A stretch of 64,000 nt of DNA from the NCBI GenBank assembly GCA_013001965.1, contig JABDLA010000135.1, positions 1,823-65,822 of the forward strand, in the 5' to 3' direction. Positions 29,183 through 38,754 of the stretch are shown here, in pieces (the stretch's first letter is position 1; every line of letters starts with the position of its first letter). The DNA is from Flavobacteriaceae bacterium (GTDB lineage: Bacteria > Bacteroidota > Bacteroidia > Flavobacteriales > Flavobacteriaceae). A program made the position numbers and the translations under genes. Under the pieces are notes generated by a model. The model was given only the letters and a program-made list of their open reading frames with translations, was not told the DNA's origin and ran no database searches.

Positions 29183-30430
29183 TTACTTTAACTTTCCGGT
29201 AATTCGTTTTACAAAAGGCTCAACGGTCAGGCCTTGTCCAATTATTGAGAAGACCACAATCACGTAAGTAATCACCAAAAACAATTCTCTTTGCATACCC
29301 TGCGTTAAGCTTAAGGCTAAGGCTATAGAAATACCCCCTCTTAGTCCGCCCCAGGTCATTATTAAAGTTGTTTTAGGCACGAAATCCAATCTTTTTGCAA
29401 AAAATTTAATAGGCAGCCACAACGAAATATAACGGCATAAAAGAACAATAGGTACGGCAATAAGACCGGCAGCCAAATAATTGGTTTCAAAGGTTAGCAC
29501 CAGTATTTCCATACCAATCATAACAAATAAGATGGTGTTGAGCAGCACATCAATGAGTTCCCAAAATTTATCGACATAGGTTTCTGTGATCTCTGACATA
29601 GCCGTATCTCTAACGGTATCATTACCAACGGCCAGGCCGGTTGTCACCATGGCTAATGGAGCAGAAAGATGCCATTTATGGGCTAAAATAGTTCCTCCCA
29701 TTACCGCAGCAAGTGTTATGATAACCTCAACCTCATAATTATCGATCGATCTCATTAAACGATAGGTAATCCAACCCAGAATAAGGCCAAGGACAATACC
29801 GCCAAACACTTCCTGTCCGAACAATTTGGCGATCTCAACGGCTTCAACAGATGTACCCGGTTTCGCAGCCACCGAAAAAATAGTCAAAAATATCACGACT
29901 CCAACACCATCATTGAACAAGGACTCTCCTACAATTTTCGTCTCTAATTTTTTCGGAGCACCAGCTTCCTTTAAGATCCCTAATACAGCAATGGGGTCGG
30001 TAGGTGAAATCAAAGCCCCAAATAAAAGGCAATAAATAAAGTCAACATTTAAATTCAATAGTTGAAGCACATAATACATTATGGTCCCTACTAAAAAGGT
30101 TGAAACCAAAACACCTAGGGTGGCAAACACCAAAACAGGCCATTTTTGAACTTTCAATTGGGCAAAATTGGTATGTAATGCTCCAGCAAACAGAAGGAAG
30201 CTAAGCATGATATCCAATAAAACGGTTTTGAAATCGATATTCCTTATAAACTCCTTTTCGCGAAGCAACAAAGTATCATCAAATTGAGCGATGGCAATGA
30301 TTATCAAGGTAAAAAGAAGCGTGATGATCATTAGCCCAATAGTGATCGGAAATTTTAAAAATCGAACATTTATATATCCGAAAATTGCTGATATGACCAC
30401 TAAAATCGCAGCAACTGAAAAGTAATCCAT
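29183..30430 (-). CDS. Na+/H+ antiporter, CPA1/NhaP family
   Basis: SPTDPIAV, GESLFNDG, WGGLRG motifs; multi-TM. Confidence 0.93.
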   Translation of the reverse strand: MDYFSVAAILVVISAIFGYINVRFLKFPITIGLMIITLLFTLIIIAIAQFDDTLLLREKEFIRNIDFKTVLLDIMLSFLLFAGALHTNFAQLKVQKWPVLVFATLGVLVSTFLVGTIMYYVLQLLNLNVDFIYCLLFGALISPTDPIAVLGILKEAGAPKKLETKIVGESLFNDGVGVVIFLTIFSVAAKPGTSVEAVEIAKLFGQEVFGGIVLGLILGWITYRLMRSIDNYEVEVIITLAAVMGGTILAHKWHLSAPLAMVTTGLAVGNDTVRDTAMSEITETYVDKFWELIDVLLNTILFVMIGMEILVLTFETNYLAAGLIAVPIVLLCRYISLWLPIKFFAKRLDFVPKTTLIMTWGGLRGGISIALALSLTQGMQRELFLVITYVIVVFSIIGQGLTVEPFVKRITGKLK

Positions 30431-30534
30431 ACGAAAATTATAATTTTTTAAATGTAACCAATTTTCTGTTGAAAATAAATTTACTTTGTGGTCTTAATTA
30501 ATACCGTTGAAGTCATAAATTAAACCACTGAAAA

Positions 30535-30891
30535 ATGTCAGATAAAATATATTATCTCAAAAGCTGTAATACATGCATGCGTATTTTAAAGGAACTTAAT
30601 CCTCTTCCTTCTTTTGTCCTTCAAGACATTAAGGAAGAAGAAATAACGGTTAGTCAACTTGATGATATGCGAAAATTATCAGGAAGTTATGAAGCTCTAT
30701 TTAGTAAGAGGGCGAAGCTTTATAAAGAAATGGGGTTAAAGGACCAACAACTCACCGAAAGAGATTTTAAGCATTATATCCTTGAACACTATACCTTCTT
30801 AAAACGACCGGTTATTCTAACTTCCAATTCAATCTTTATAGGAAATTCCCGGAAAACAATTGAGGCCGCCAAAAATGCAATACATTCATAA
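30535..30891 (+). CDS. ArsC/Spx family protein
   Basis: CxxC (CNTC) near N-terminus; LKRPVI motif. Confidence 0.85.
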   Translation: MSDKIYYLKSCNTCMRILKELNPLPSFVLQDIKEEEITVSQLDDMRKLSGSYEALFSKRAKLYKEMGLKDQQLTERDFKHYILEHYTFLKRPVILTSNSIFIGNSRKTIEAAKNAIHS

Positions 30892-31019
30892 CTACTTTGT
30901 AAGGTTTTTACTATAATTCAGACCAAATAACCTATATATTTTGTTAAATTATTCTCATCTATGATGATTTTTATTTTGGTTTATTTAGTTTCACTACTAC
31001 GTCGTACCAACCTTTATTA

Positions 31020-32198
31020 ATGGACAATTTAAAAGCGTCATTTTATTCTTCCGTAGACGATATCGACTCCGATCATTGGGATAGTTTAGGCTGTACTTCA
31101 AATATTTATTACACGCCTGAATTTCTGAGAGCTTTTGAGCGTGCTAATTCTGATATCGATTTCAAATACATCATAATTTTCAAAGAGGAAGAGGCGGTTG
31201 CTTTTGCCAACACCCAAATTGTGACTATCGGGATTGAGACCATTACAAAGAATGTTAAAATGTCTGATCGTTTAAAACGGAACATCAACCGTTTATTTTG
31301 TAATAATCAAATTCGGGTTCTCTTTTGTGGAAATGTGTTTTTAAGCGGAGAATATGGCACCTTTTTAAAAGCCGGCGAAGACAAGATTGAAACCTTCAAT
31401 GCCATTACAAAGGCCGTTCGGGATTTGTCAAAAGCTACTAAAAAACTGAATGCGATTTTTGTTAAAGATTTCAGAGAAGATTCTTTGTACATCACCGATA
31501 ATTTAAAGACGTTCGATTATGCCTCCATGCATGTTGAACCCAATATGATCATTAACCTAAAAAATGATTGGAATTCCTTCGATGATTTTAAGGAGGCTCT
31601 TAAATCAAAATATCGTGTTAAGGCCAACAAGGCCGATAAAAGCAGTGCTTCACTGATCGCAAGGCATTTTAATGAAGAGGATATTCAGACCTATAAAGAC
31701 GAATTACAGCTCCTTTATGAGAATACCATCGCCAATGCCAATTTCAATGCCCAAATTTTAAACTTAAACACTTATTCCAACCTTAAAAAGACCTATCAGG
31801 ACAAATTTATAGTTATTGGCTATTTTCTGGAAAACACACTTGTTGGATTTTTATCGGCCATGATTAATCAAACCAACCTGGACGCACATTTCATCGGATT
31901 GAATTATGGACTTAATAAACAATACGCCATTTACCCACGTATTTTAAACGATTATGTTCGCTTGGGGATTGAACACCAATGCGATCGAATTAATTTAGGC
32001 CGTACTGCTTCCGAAATTAAAAGCACTTTGGGTGCTAAACCGGAAGAGTTGACCTGTTATATAAGGCATAAACGATCTTTTCCAAACCAATTGATGAAGC
32101 CCTTTATTACTAATATCCAGATCAAATCATACAGGCAGCACCAACCATTTAAAGTCGAAAATAAGGTCCAAAAAAAAGAGGCTATAAAAGCCTCTTGA
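31020..32198 (+). CDS. GNAT/FemAB-like acyltransferase domain protein
   Basis: W.SF.DF..ALKSKYR, AHFIG, NLGRTA.EIKS.LGA motifs. Confidence 0.7.
   Translation: MDNLKASFYSSVDDIDSDHWDSLGCTSNIYYTPEFLRAFERANSDIDFKYIIIFKEEEAVAFANTQIVTIGIETITKNVKMSDRLKRNINRLFCNNQIRVLFCGNVFLSGEYGTFLKAGEDKIETFNAITKAVRDLSKATKKLNAIFVKDFREDSLYITDNLKTFDYASMHVEPNMIINLKNDWNSFDDFKEALKSKYRVKANKADKSSASLIARHFNEEDIQTYKDELQLLYENTIANANFNAQILNLNTYSNLKKTYQDKFIVIGYFLENTLVGFLSAMINQTNLDAHFIGLNYGLNKQYAIYPRILNDYVRLGIEHQCDRINLGRTASEIKSTLGAKPEELTCYIRHKRSFPNQLMKPFITNIQIKSYRQHQPFKVENKVQKKEAIKAS
32170..32196 (-). terminator. Intrinsic terminator for the DUF1761 gene, overlapping the end of the convergent CDS
   Basis: AAGAGGCT/AGCCTCTT stem with an A-run on the plus strand. 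Confidence 0.65.
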
Positions 32199-32219
32199 TT
32201 TCATTTTTTTAAATTGTGT

Positions 32220-32660
32220 TTATGTCCATCCATTAATTATTCCTCCCATCAATGCCATTGTCACCACCCAGTATCCAGCATTAATTAACACATATTTAAA
32301 CGATTTTTGCTCAAATAGCGCATTCGTCGCTAAAACAGGCAGGGCCACGAAAAGACCAACCATCGATCCATGCAATGCACCATGTTTAAATGTTAAAAAG
32401 GGATCTGCTCCATGGAGTTCACCCATGCCGCCCCCAATAAATACTTGAGGCCATAAAAAGAAAGCAATTAAAAATGCCATAACAACAGCCAGCCCGTAAG
32501 TTTTGGCCGGATTCATTTGTTTTGCTTTTTCCTCAGTCATCCCTGATTCTTTCATCCAGGTCGTTCCAAAAACTTTGGGGTTATACCAGATAAAGCCAGT
32601 AACTAAAGGCAAAATTGAAGCAGCAATAATTGCTAGCCAATTAATGTCCATTTCTTCCAT
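32220..32660 (-). CDS. DUF1761 membrane protein
   Basis: INWLAII...GFIWY.PKVFG..W, TFKHGALHG, INAGYW. Confidence 0.85.
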   Translation of the reverse strand: MEEMDINWLAIIAASILPLVTGFIWYNPKVFGTTWMKESGMTEEKAKQMNPAKTYGLAVVMAFLIAFFLWPQVFIGGGMGELHGADPFLTFKHGALHGSMVGLFVALPVLATNALFEQKSFKYVLINAGYWVVTMALMGGIINGWT

Positions 32661-32724
32661 AATTTTGTTTATTAGAGTTAGTATTGAGAAGAAATGTACA
32701 AATTTTTAAGCAAAAGCAAGATAT

Positions 32725-33201
32725 TTATTCCAAATCGATAGGTCTTCGATTGTACTTTCTGAGGTCCGATTTCAACAGTGTTTTAAAAGAACTTGCCCTG
32801 GGAAAAGCAAGTATCCGATCTGATATTTCCTTATCAGGTTTCGCCAGTTTTCTCGTTTTTAGATCAATCCATGTAAACAACATTTCGCTGAAAGCGAGGT
32901 TTTTTTTGTTTTCGTCATAAAAATTATGTTCAAAACGTACAAAGCGCCTATCTTCACTCATTCCAGTGATTTCAAGGCTTACGGATATTGGTTTCCCCAG
33001 AAGGACCTCCTTAAAATAATGAATGTGTTCATATAAAACCACAGGGCCTAGTTGCTCTTTTTTCATAAGATCAAGGCTTATGCCTATTTCATTAAAAAAT
33101 GACATTCTCATATGGCTCATGAAATCAACGTAAGAGGAATTTCCAAGATGCCCATTGGCATCAAGGTCTCGCCAGCGTATATCGAATTGTTTGGTATACA
33201 T
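32725..33201 (-). CDS. Acyl-CoA thioesterase (4HBT/hotdog fold)
   Basis: IRWRDLDANGHLGNSSY motif. Confidence 0.9.
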   Translation of the reverse strand: MYTKQFDIRWRDLDANGHLGNSSYVDFMSHMRMSFFNEIGISLDLMKKEQLGPVVLYEHIHYFKEVLLGKPISVSLEITGMSEDRRFVRFEHNFYDENKKNLAFSEMLFTWIDLKTRKLAKPDKEISDRILAFPRASSFKTLLKSDLRKYNRRPIDLE

Positions 33202-33311
33202 AAATCAAAATTTGAATTACAAAGGTAAACTTTTGGTCAATTTAGTTTCAATGCTTATCATTTAATAACTTAAGTGTTTTAATTATCTTTGTGCAACTTT
33301 AAATTCACAGA

Positions 33312-34169
33312 ATGATACATTCAATGACAGGTTACGGTAAGTCTGTCCTCCAGCTTCCTTCTAAAAAGATTTCAATAGAAATTAAATCTCTAAATAGTAA
33401 AAACCTTGATTTGAACGCAAGAATGCCGTCAATCTATCGTCAAAAGGAACTGGAAATACGCAAACTCATCGCATCAAAATTACATCGGGGTAAAATAGAT
33501 TTTTCCCTGTTTATGGAAACCAATGGTGAAGCTACCTCTTCACAACTGAATAAACAGGTTGTGGCCTCTTATATGAATCAACTTCGTGATGTTGTAGATG
33601 CTGATGACGTTACATTGATCCAAATGGCTGTTCGTATGCCCGATGCCGTCATTACAGATAGGGAAGATGTAGATGAAGAAGAATGGCAGGCTATTTTGAT
33701 AGAGATTAATGCGGCTCTCGAAAAGATCCAGGCCTATCGATCACAGGAAGGATTAGCCCTTGAATCTGATTTTTTACAACGAGTGAATAATATCGATACC
33801 TTATTATCTAAAGTTATTGAAATGGATCCTGAACGTATTGAAGGTGTGCGGGAGCGTCTTAATAAAGGTATAGCCGAAATTAAAGAGAAAGTCGATGAAA
33901 ATCGATTCGAACAAGAGCTCGTTTACTATATCGAGAAATTCGATATAACCGAAGAAAAAGTACGCCTTCATAACCACCTGGAATACTTCAGCAAAACTTT
34001 AAAATCTTCAGATTCGAATGGTAAAAAATTAGCATTTATATGTCAGGAAATCGGACGAGAGATCAATACCATTGGATCTAAGGCGAATTATGCGCCTATG
34101 CAAAAGTTGGTTGTTCAGATGAAGGATGAATTGGAAAAAATTAAAGAACAATTGCTAAACGTATTATAA
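33312..34169 (+). CDS. yicC: YicC/YloC family endoribonuclease
   Basis: SMTGYG start, DITEEKVRL, QEIGREINTIGSKAN; precedes gmk. Confidence 0.92.
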   Translation: MIHSMTGYGKSVLQLPSKKISIEIKSLNSKNLDLNARMPSIYRQKELEIRKLIASKLHRGKIDFSLFMETNGEATSSQLNKQVVASYMNQLRDVVDADDVTLIQMAVRMPDAVITDREDVDEEEWQAILIEINAALEKIQAYRSQEGLALESDFLQRVNNIDTLLSKVIEMDPERIEGVRERLNKGIAEIKEKVDENRFEQELVYYIEKFDITEEKVRLHNHLEYFSKTLKSSDSNGKKLAFICQEIGREINTIGSKANYAPMQKLVVQMKDELEKIKEQLLNVL

Positions 34170-34763
34170 ATGAAAGGTGGTAAACTCATAGTATTTTCGG
34201 CACCTTCCGGTTCCGGGAAAACGACTATCGTCAGGCATTTATTAGAACAAGAGGAGCTTAACCTTGAATTTTCAATTTCGGCAACTTCAAGAGAAAAACG
34301 CGGTGATGAGATCGATGGGAAGGACTATTATTTTTTAAGTACCGAGGCCTTCAAGGAGAAAATTAGAAATAATGAATTTCTGGAATGGGAAGAAGTGTAT
34401 CGCGATAATTTTTACGGGACTTTAAAAAGCGAAGTAGAACGCATTTGGAAGAGCGGCAAACATGTCATTTTTGATATTGATGTATCCGGTGGCTTACGCA
34501 TTAAGCGTAAATTTCCTGTAGAAACCCTGGCGATTTTTGTAAAGCCTCCCAGTATCGACGAGCTTAAAATCCGATTAAAGAAACGAGAAACTGAAAACGC
34601 AGATAAGATCAATATGCGTATTGCCAAAGCGTCTGCCGAATTAGCCACAGCACCTCTGTTTGATGAAGTTGTGGTCAATGATGATCTGGACAAGGCCCTG
34701 AATGAATCCTATGATTTAGTGAAAGTTTTTATCGATTCCGAACCCAAAAGGGAAGATACATGA
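34170..34763 (+). CDS. gmk: Guanylate kinase
   Basis: APSGSGKTT, SATSR, DGKDYYF, YGT. Confidence 0.96.
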   Translation: MKGGKLIVFSAPSGSGKTTIVRHLLEQEELNLEFSISATSREKRGDEIDGKDYYFLSTEAFKEKIRNNEFLEWEEVYRDNFYGTLKSEVERIWKSGKHVIFDIDVSGGLRIKRKFPVETLAIFVKPPSIDELKIRLKKRETENADKINMRIAKASAELATAPLFDEVVVNDDLDKALNESYDLVKVFIDSEPKREDT

Positions 34764-35344
34764 AGAAGAAGATAGGATTGTTTTTTGGTACATTTAATCC
34801 CATTCATGTAGGTCATTTAACCATTGCAAATCACATGGCCGAATATAGTGATCTTGACCAGGTTTGGTTTGTGGTCACACCTCATAGCCCGTTTAAAACT
34901 AAAAGTTCGTTGTTAGAGGATCATCAGCGCTTGGAAATGGTATATTTGGCCACAAAGGACTATCAGAAATTGCAACCAAGTAATATCGAGTTCAAATTAC
35001 CGCAGCCCAATTATACCATTAATACCCTTACCTATCTCGAAGAAAAATACCCGGATCATGAATTTGCCCTAATCATGGGTGAAGACAACCTTAAAAGCTT
35101 CCATAAATGGAAAAATTACGAACGTATATTAGATCGGCACGATATCTACATCTACCCACGTTTAAGTAAAGGCAAGATTGAAACTCAATTCGATGGTCAC
35201 GCTCGCATTAGCAAGATCGATGCACCTATTATGGAGCTGTCATCAACCTTTATAAGAAAGGCCATTAAGGAAGGTAAACTGGTGCGGCCCATGTTACCTG
35301 AGCCGGTTTGGCAATATCTGGATGAAATGAATTTCTATAAATAA
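34760..35344 (+). CDS. nadD: Nicotinate-nucleotide adenylyltransferase
   Basis: GTFNPIHVGH, IMGEDN, KWK, SSTFIR. Confidence 0.96.
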   Translation: MKKKIGLFFGTFNPIHVGHLTIANHMAEYSDLDQVWFVVTPHSPFKTKSSLLEDHQRLEMVYLATKDYQKLQPSNIEFKLPQPNYTINTLTYLEEKYPDHEFALIMGEDNLKSFHKWKNYERILDRHDIYIYPRLSKGKIETQFDGHARISKIDAPIMELSSTFIRKAIKEGKLVRPMLPEPVWQYLDEMNFYK

Positions 35345-35376
35345 AAAAAGAGCACTTAAGTTATTAAGTGCTCTTT
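35343..35376. terminator. Intrinsic terminator between nadD and the convergent lipoprotein gene
   Basis: 13-bp stem AAAGAGCACTTAA/TTAAGTGCTCTTT with an A-run on the left. Confidence 0.8.
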
Positions 35377-35395
35377 AAGTTGAGTGGTATTCTAT

Positions 35396-36049
35396 TTATT
35401 CTTCGTCTGTTCCTCCTGGACCTTCTTCCTCTTCTTCACCTCCAAATGCACAGTCATTTAACGATGATTGTACATACATGGCCCAACTGTTGCCATCAAA
35501 ATCAAGTCCTTCGCCCCAGGCTGTTTCGCCCTGACCATTGGGACCGGTTACTTCCGCATGTGCCGCGAAACAATATATTTCGCCACTCAGCTCAACAGCA
35601 TCCAGACTAATTTTATAAACCACTGTAGTCGTTCCGGCATCATGTTCATCACTATGCTCAAAATGACCAACTTTTGGGTTTCCTGAGCCAGTCGTTGGAA
35701 TTTCTTGTTCGCCACAGTCACCAATACTGAGGTGGGTAGCATCTAAAGTCCAACCATTGTTTGCAGTACAGTAGGTAATTATTAGATCAACCCCATCTGT
35801 GGTAACCGAAATGGTTCCGGCAGTATAGTTTTGACCTGCAATTAAAGCGGTAGTAAGGCACGCATCGCCTTCGGCAATACATTCATCTTCAACAGCTTTA
35901 TCACCAATAAAGGTATTTCCGCCTTTGGGGGCGTACTCAAACACTCTAAAATTTGGATCAATGCTATTTGTAATGGTGTCATTTTCTGTGCTACAGCCCA
36001 TCAGAATAAATAAGAAAAGAGCTGAAAGCATAATAGTAGATTTCTTCAT
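35396..36049 (-). CDS. Uncharacterised lipoprotein (LIAGQ...THL...AAH...ETAW domain)
   Basis: Lipobox LMGC; Cys-containing beta-rich domain; acidic tail. Confidence 0.8.
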   Translation of the reverse strand: MKKSTIMLSALFLFILMGCSTENDTITNSIDPNFRVFEYAPKGGNTFIGDKAVEDECIAEGDACLTTALIAGQNYTAGTISVTTDGVDLIITYCTANNGWTLDATHLSIGDCGEQEIPTTGSGNPKVGHFEHSDEHDAGTTTVVYKISLDAVELSGEIYCFAAHAEVTGPNGQGETAWGEGLDFDGNSWAMYVQSSLNDCAFGGEEEEEGPGGTDEE

Positions 36050-36175
36050 AACGTAGTATATGTTTAATTTAGGTTAAGAGATTAAACATACAATTATCTA
36101 AGCTAAAACCAACATTTATTCGATGAGTGGCTATCTTTTGTAGTAAATTACTTTCAAAAAATGCGCTATTGTCAT

Positions 36176-36197
36176 AAAAAAACCGGCATAAAGCCGG
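36176..36197 (-). terminator. Intrinsic terminator after lipoprotein 36222-36731
   Basis: CCGGC/GCCGG stem with a T-run on the minus strand. Confidence 0.7.
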
Positions 36198-36221
36198 AAT
36201 TTTCAGTAATAAGTATGGGAC

Positions 36222-36731
36222 TTATTGATTTAAGCAGTCCTTCAAAAATCCCTGGATATACAAACCATCTTTGGTCGTTTGAAAGCCAGTTGAATCTGAA
36301 AATGCTGTTTCATTACCTTGATCATCTGAAAGATTTAAGACCGCTCGTGTGCAATAATCAGCTTCAATTCCATCTAATTTAAATTCAAAATTAGCGATAT
36401 AGACATTTTCTTTGAAGGTCTCAGTATAGGTATGCATTCCTAATTGTGTTAATGATGTCTCACCACAAGGACCAAAGAATAACTTCGATGTTCTTATTTT
36501 TTCTTTATAGGCTGTTAAGGTTAGGGTCACGGTGTTATTATCATAATCAACATAGGAGGTCATAGTTCCTTTAAATTCCCCTTTAGAATTAAGAAGGTTC
36601 GTTTCTGTACAAGACACTTTAGTCTCGAAAGATTTTACGTTAAGGTCATTTGAATTTTCATCTTGCAGGCTATCTACGCTACAAGAAGTGAATAATACAG
36701 CTAAAGCTGCAGAATAAAGTAGATTTTTCAT
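36222..36731 (-). CDS. Uncharacterised lipoprotein, diverged paralog of 35396-36049
   Basis: Start MKNLL with lipobox FTSC; shared Cys pattern (G.CGE, YC, ETA[FW], DC); TACATTTG promoter at 36746-36753. Confidence 0.75.
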   Translation of the reverse strand: MKNLLYSAALAVLFTSCSVDSLQDENSNDLNVKSFETKVSCTETNLLNSKGEFKGTMTSYVDYDNNTVTLTLTAYKEKIRTSKLFFGPCGETSLTQLGMHTYTETFKENVYIANFEFKLDGIEADYCTRAVLNLSDDQGNETAFSDSTGFQTTKDGLYIQGFLKDCLNQ

Positions 36732-36894
36732 TTTAGTAAATTTGGGTTTACAGGGCAAATGTAGGACGGGTATACGGGCTACTATAATAAAATCGATGAG
36801 ATATGCATTAATATCGATTTGTGAAATGTTTTCCCGTTAAAGCGCCATTTACTTCGTTAAACCGATGAATTTATAAATTCTCATCTTAAAGCAT

Positions 36895-36922
36895 AAAAAA
36901 AGCCCGCTATAAGCGGGCTTTT
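36895..36922 (-). terminator. Intrinsic terminator after the BON-LysM gene
   Basis: AAAAGCCCGCT-ATA-AGCGGGCTTTT. Confidence 0.85.
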
Positions 36923-36944
36923 CAAATAGGTAGGTAAAATATAA

Positions 36945-37430
36945 CTATCCTTCCATATGAGGAATTCGTAATACTTGTCCTGGATAGATCTTATCTGGAT
37001 CTGTTAGCATCGGTTTATTGGCTTCAAAAATAACCGGGTATTTCATGGCATCACCATAATATTCACGTGCTATTTTACTCAGCGAATCACCGCTAACAAC
37101 CGTATGAAATTGAGCTTCAGGTTCGCTATGCTCAACAGTCATTTGATCATCAACAGAAGCAATACCTTCAGAATTGCCTATTACCAAAACAACCTTTTCA
37201 CGTGTTGCCTGATCATGTGCCATTCCGCTAACACTTGCTCTATCATCATCGATATGTACATTTAAGTTTTCAACTTGAAGTTGAAGGTCATTAATTGTTT
37301 CTTCTAATTTTGCAGCAGCAGCTTCTTCGGCTCTTACTTCGGCAGCTTCAACTTCAGCCGCCTTTTCAGCACTTGATTTCCCGCCAAATATTGTAGCTCC
37401 GGCCGTTTTAATGAATGAAAATAAACTCAT
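36945..37430 (-). CDS. BON-LysM protein (YgaU/Kbp-like)
   Basis: MSLFSFIK.AG start, BON domain, LysM HTVVSGDSLSKIA...IFEANKPML.DPDKIYPGQVLRIP. Confidence 0.9.
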   Translation of the reverse strand: MSLFSFIKTAGATIFGGKSSAEKAAEVEAAEVRAEEAAAAKLEETINDLQLQVENLNVHIDDDRASVSGMAHDQATREKVVLVIGNSEGIASVDDQMTVEHSEPEAQFHTVVSGDSLSKIAREYYGDAMKYPVIFEANKPMLTDPDKIYPGQVLRIPHMEG

Positions 37431-37582
37431 TTTTAATGTGTTTTAAAGGGTTAATTTTATGTATGAAGTAAAGGTCTCAAAAAATTGATTGAAAAGCAAT
37501 AATTGTTAACAATTAATAGCTGTTCCCCTTCCTCATTAATTAAGACACTCAATAGAACAATAAGTCACATTATTTATGCTTT

Positions 37583-37623
37583 AAAAAAAGAGATCGCTTA
37601 AGGAAAGTCCCTTAAGCGATCTC
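37583..37623 (-). terminator. Long intrinsic terminator after lipoprotein 37649-38593
   Basis: Perfect 14-bp stem GAGATCGCTTAAGG/CCTTAAGCGATCTC plus T7 on the minus strand. Confidence 0.85.
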
Positions 37624-37648
37624 GCAACTAAAATAACCAACCAAAATT

Positions 37649-38593
37649 TTAGTCTCTTTTATTAACTCTCGGATTATCTTTTTTATCCGTTTTTTGTTTT
37701 CTTAATTTATCTCCTGCCAATTTGGTTTTATCAACCGATCCATCGGCCAGGCGTAAATATTGAATATATCCTCTTCCGCTGAATTCATAAAAGGTTCCGG
37801 AAGATGGGTGATACAGTTCGATCAATTCATCATTGATAACGCTCAATTCAAAATGTTCATTGTCAAAGAAATCATAATCTAGTGTTAAAGTTTTTAGGTA
37901 CATATTCCCACTGATATTCCCTACACCATAAACTCCGGTGTAATCCCAATAGAGATCAAATACATTAGTACCCACACTATCTTGTGAGCTTCTGAAGACA
38001 GAGTCATTACCACCGGCCAAAAACTGAAGGAAATTCTCATAATCAAATTCATTTATGACGCCAACCTCACTGGTATAGGTTTTTTCCCAGGCTTCATATT
38101 CTTGCAGGAAATAGTGGATGTTGTCGTAAAATACCATGTCATAATCAAAATTGCTACGCTGATACCCATGTAAGAAGTAAGAGGTGTCATTGAACGGATT
38201 ATACAGTTCTATGGTATTGTAATCGATTTGATACACGTCGAAGGTTTCCAGTCCGTCAAAATCATGAAAGACATCCAATATCATATTGTAGGCATTATAT
38301 GTGCCTATTGTAATGCCAAAACCACCACCCTGACTGCCTATACCTACCAGGTTATTATTAGCATATACAATACCGTTCCTGAAAGAAACCGTAAATGCTT
38401 TTTGTAAGAATGGTGTCTGGCCATAACCAATGGTTTGGTTTATGTCAACATACCATAACTCATATGAATTTAATAATTGATTCAATGAGATTGATGGAGT
38501 ATCATCAAAATCATCTACTAGAACTTCGGTATAACATGATGTGAATAACAGCGTTACCAAAGCAAAACCTGAAAGTAGTTTAATTGTTTTCAT
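37649..38593 (-). CDS. Uncharacterised lipoprotein with two lipocalin-like repeats
   Basis: Start MKTIKLL, lipobox FTSC; two internal repeats (YE.W...IELY.P....Y...G). Confidence 0.75.
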   Translation of the reverse strand: MKTIKLLSGFALVTLLFTSCYTEVLVDDFDDTPSISLNQLLNSYELWYVDINQTIGYGQTPFLQKAFTVSFRNGIVYANNNLVGIGSQGGGFGITIGTYNAYNMILDVFHDFDGLETFDVYQIDYNTIELYNPFNDTSYFLHGYQRSNFDYDMVFYDNIHYFLQEYEAWEKTYTSEVGVINEFDYENFLQFLAGGNDSVFRSSQDSVGTNVFDLYWDYTGVYGVGNISGNMYLKTLTLDYDFFDNEHFELSVINDELIELYHPSSGTFYEFSGRGYIQYLRLADGSVDKTKLAGDKLRKQKTDKKDNPRVNKRD

Positions 38594-38657
38594 CTGTCCG
38601 TTTTTTTGATTAAAATAATTTAATAGGAGCCTTTCCCAGATTGATATATGTTCCAAT

Positions 38658-38674
38658 TTCAAATTGCATGCCAA
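38658..38674 (-). promoter_or_regulatory. Putative sigma-54 (-24/-12) promoter
   Basis: Minus strand TTGGCATG-CAAT-TTGAA resembles TGGCACG-N4-TTGC. Confidence 0.55.
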
Positions 38675-38754
38675 AAATATAATACGCTCTTTTTCAGTTA
38701 TTTACAAAACATATTAAATTGTGTATTTTTGAATCACAAATCAATTAAAGCTCT

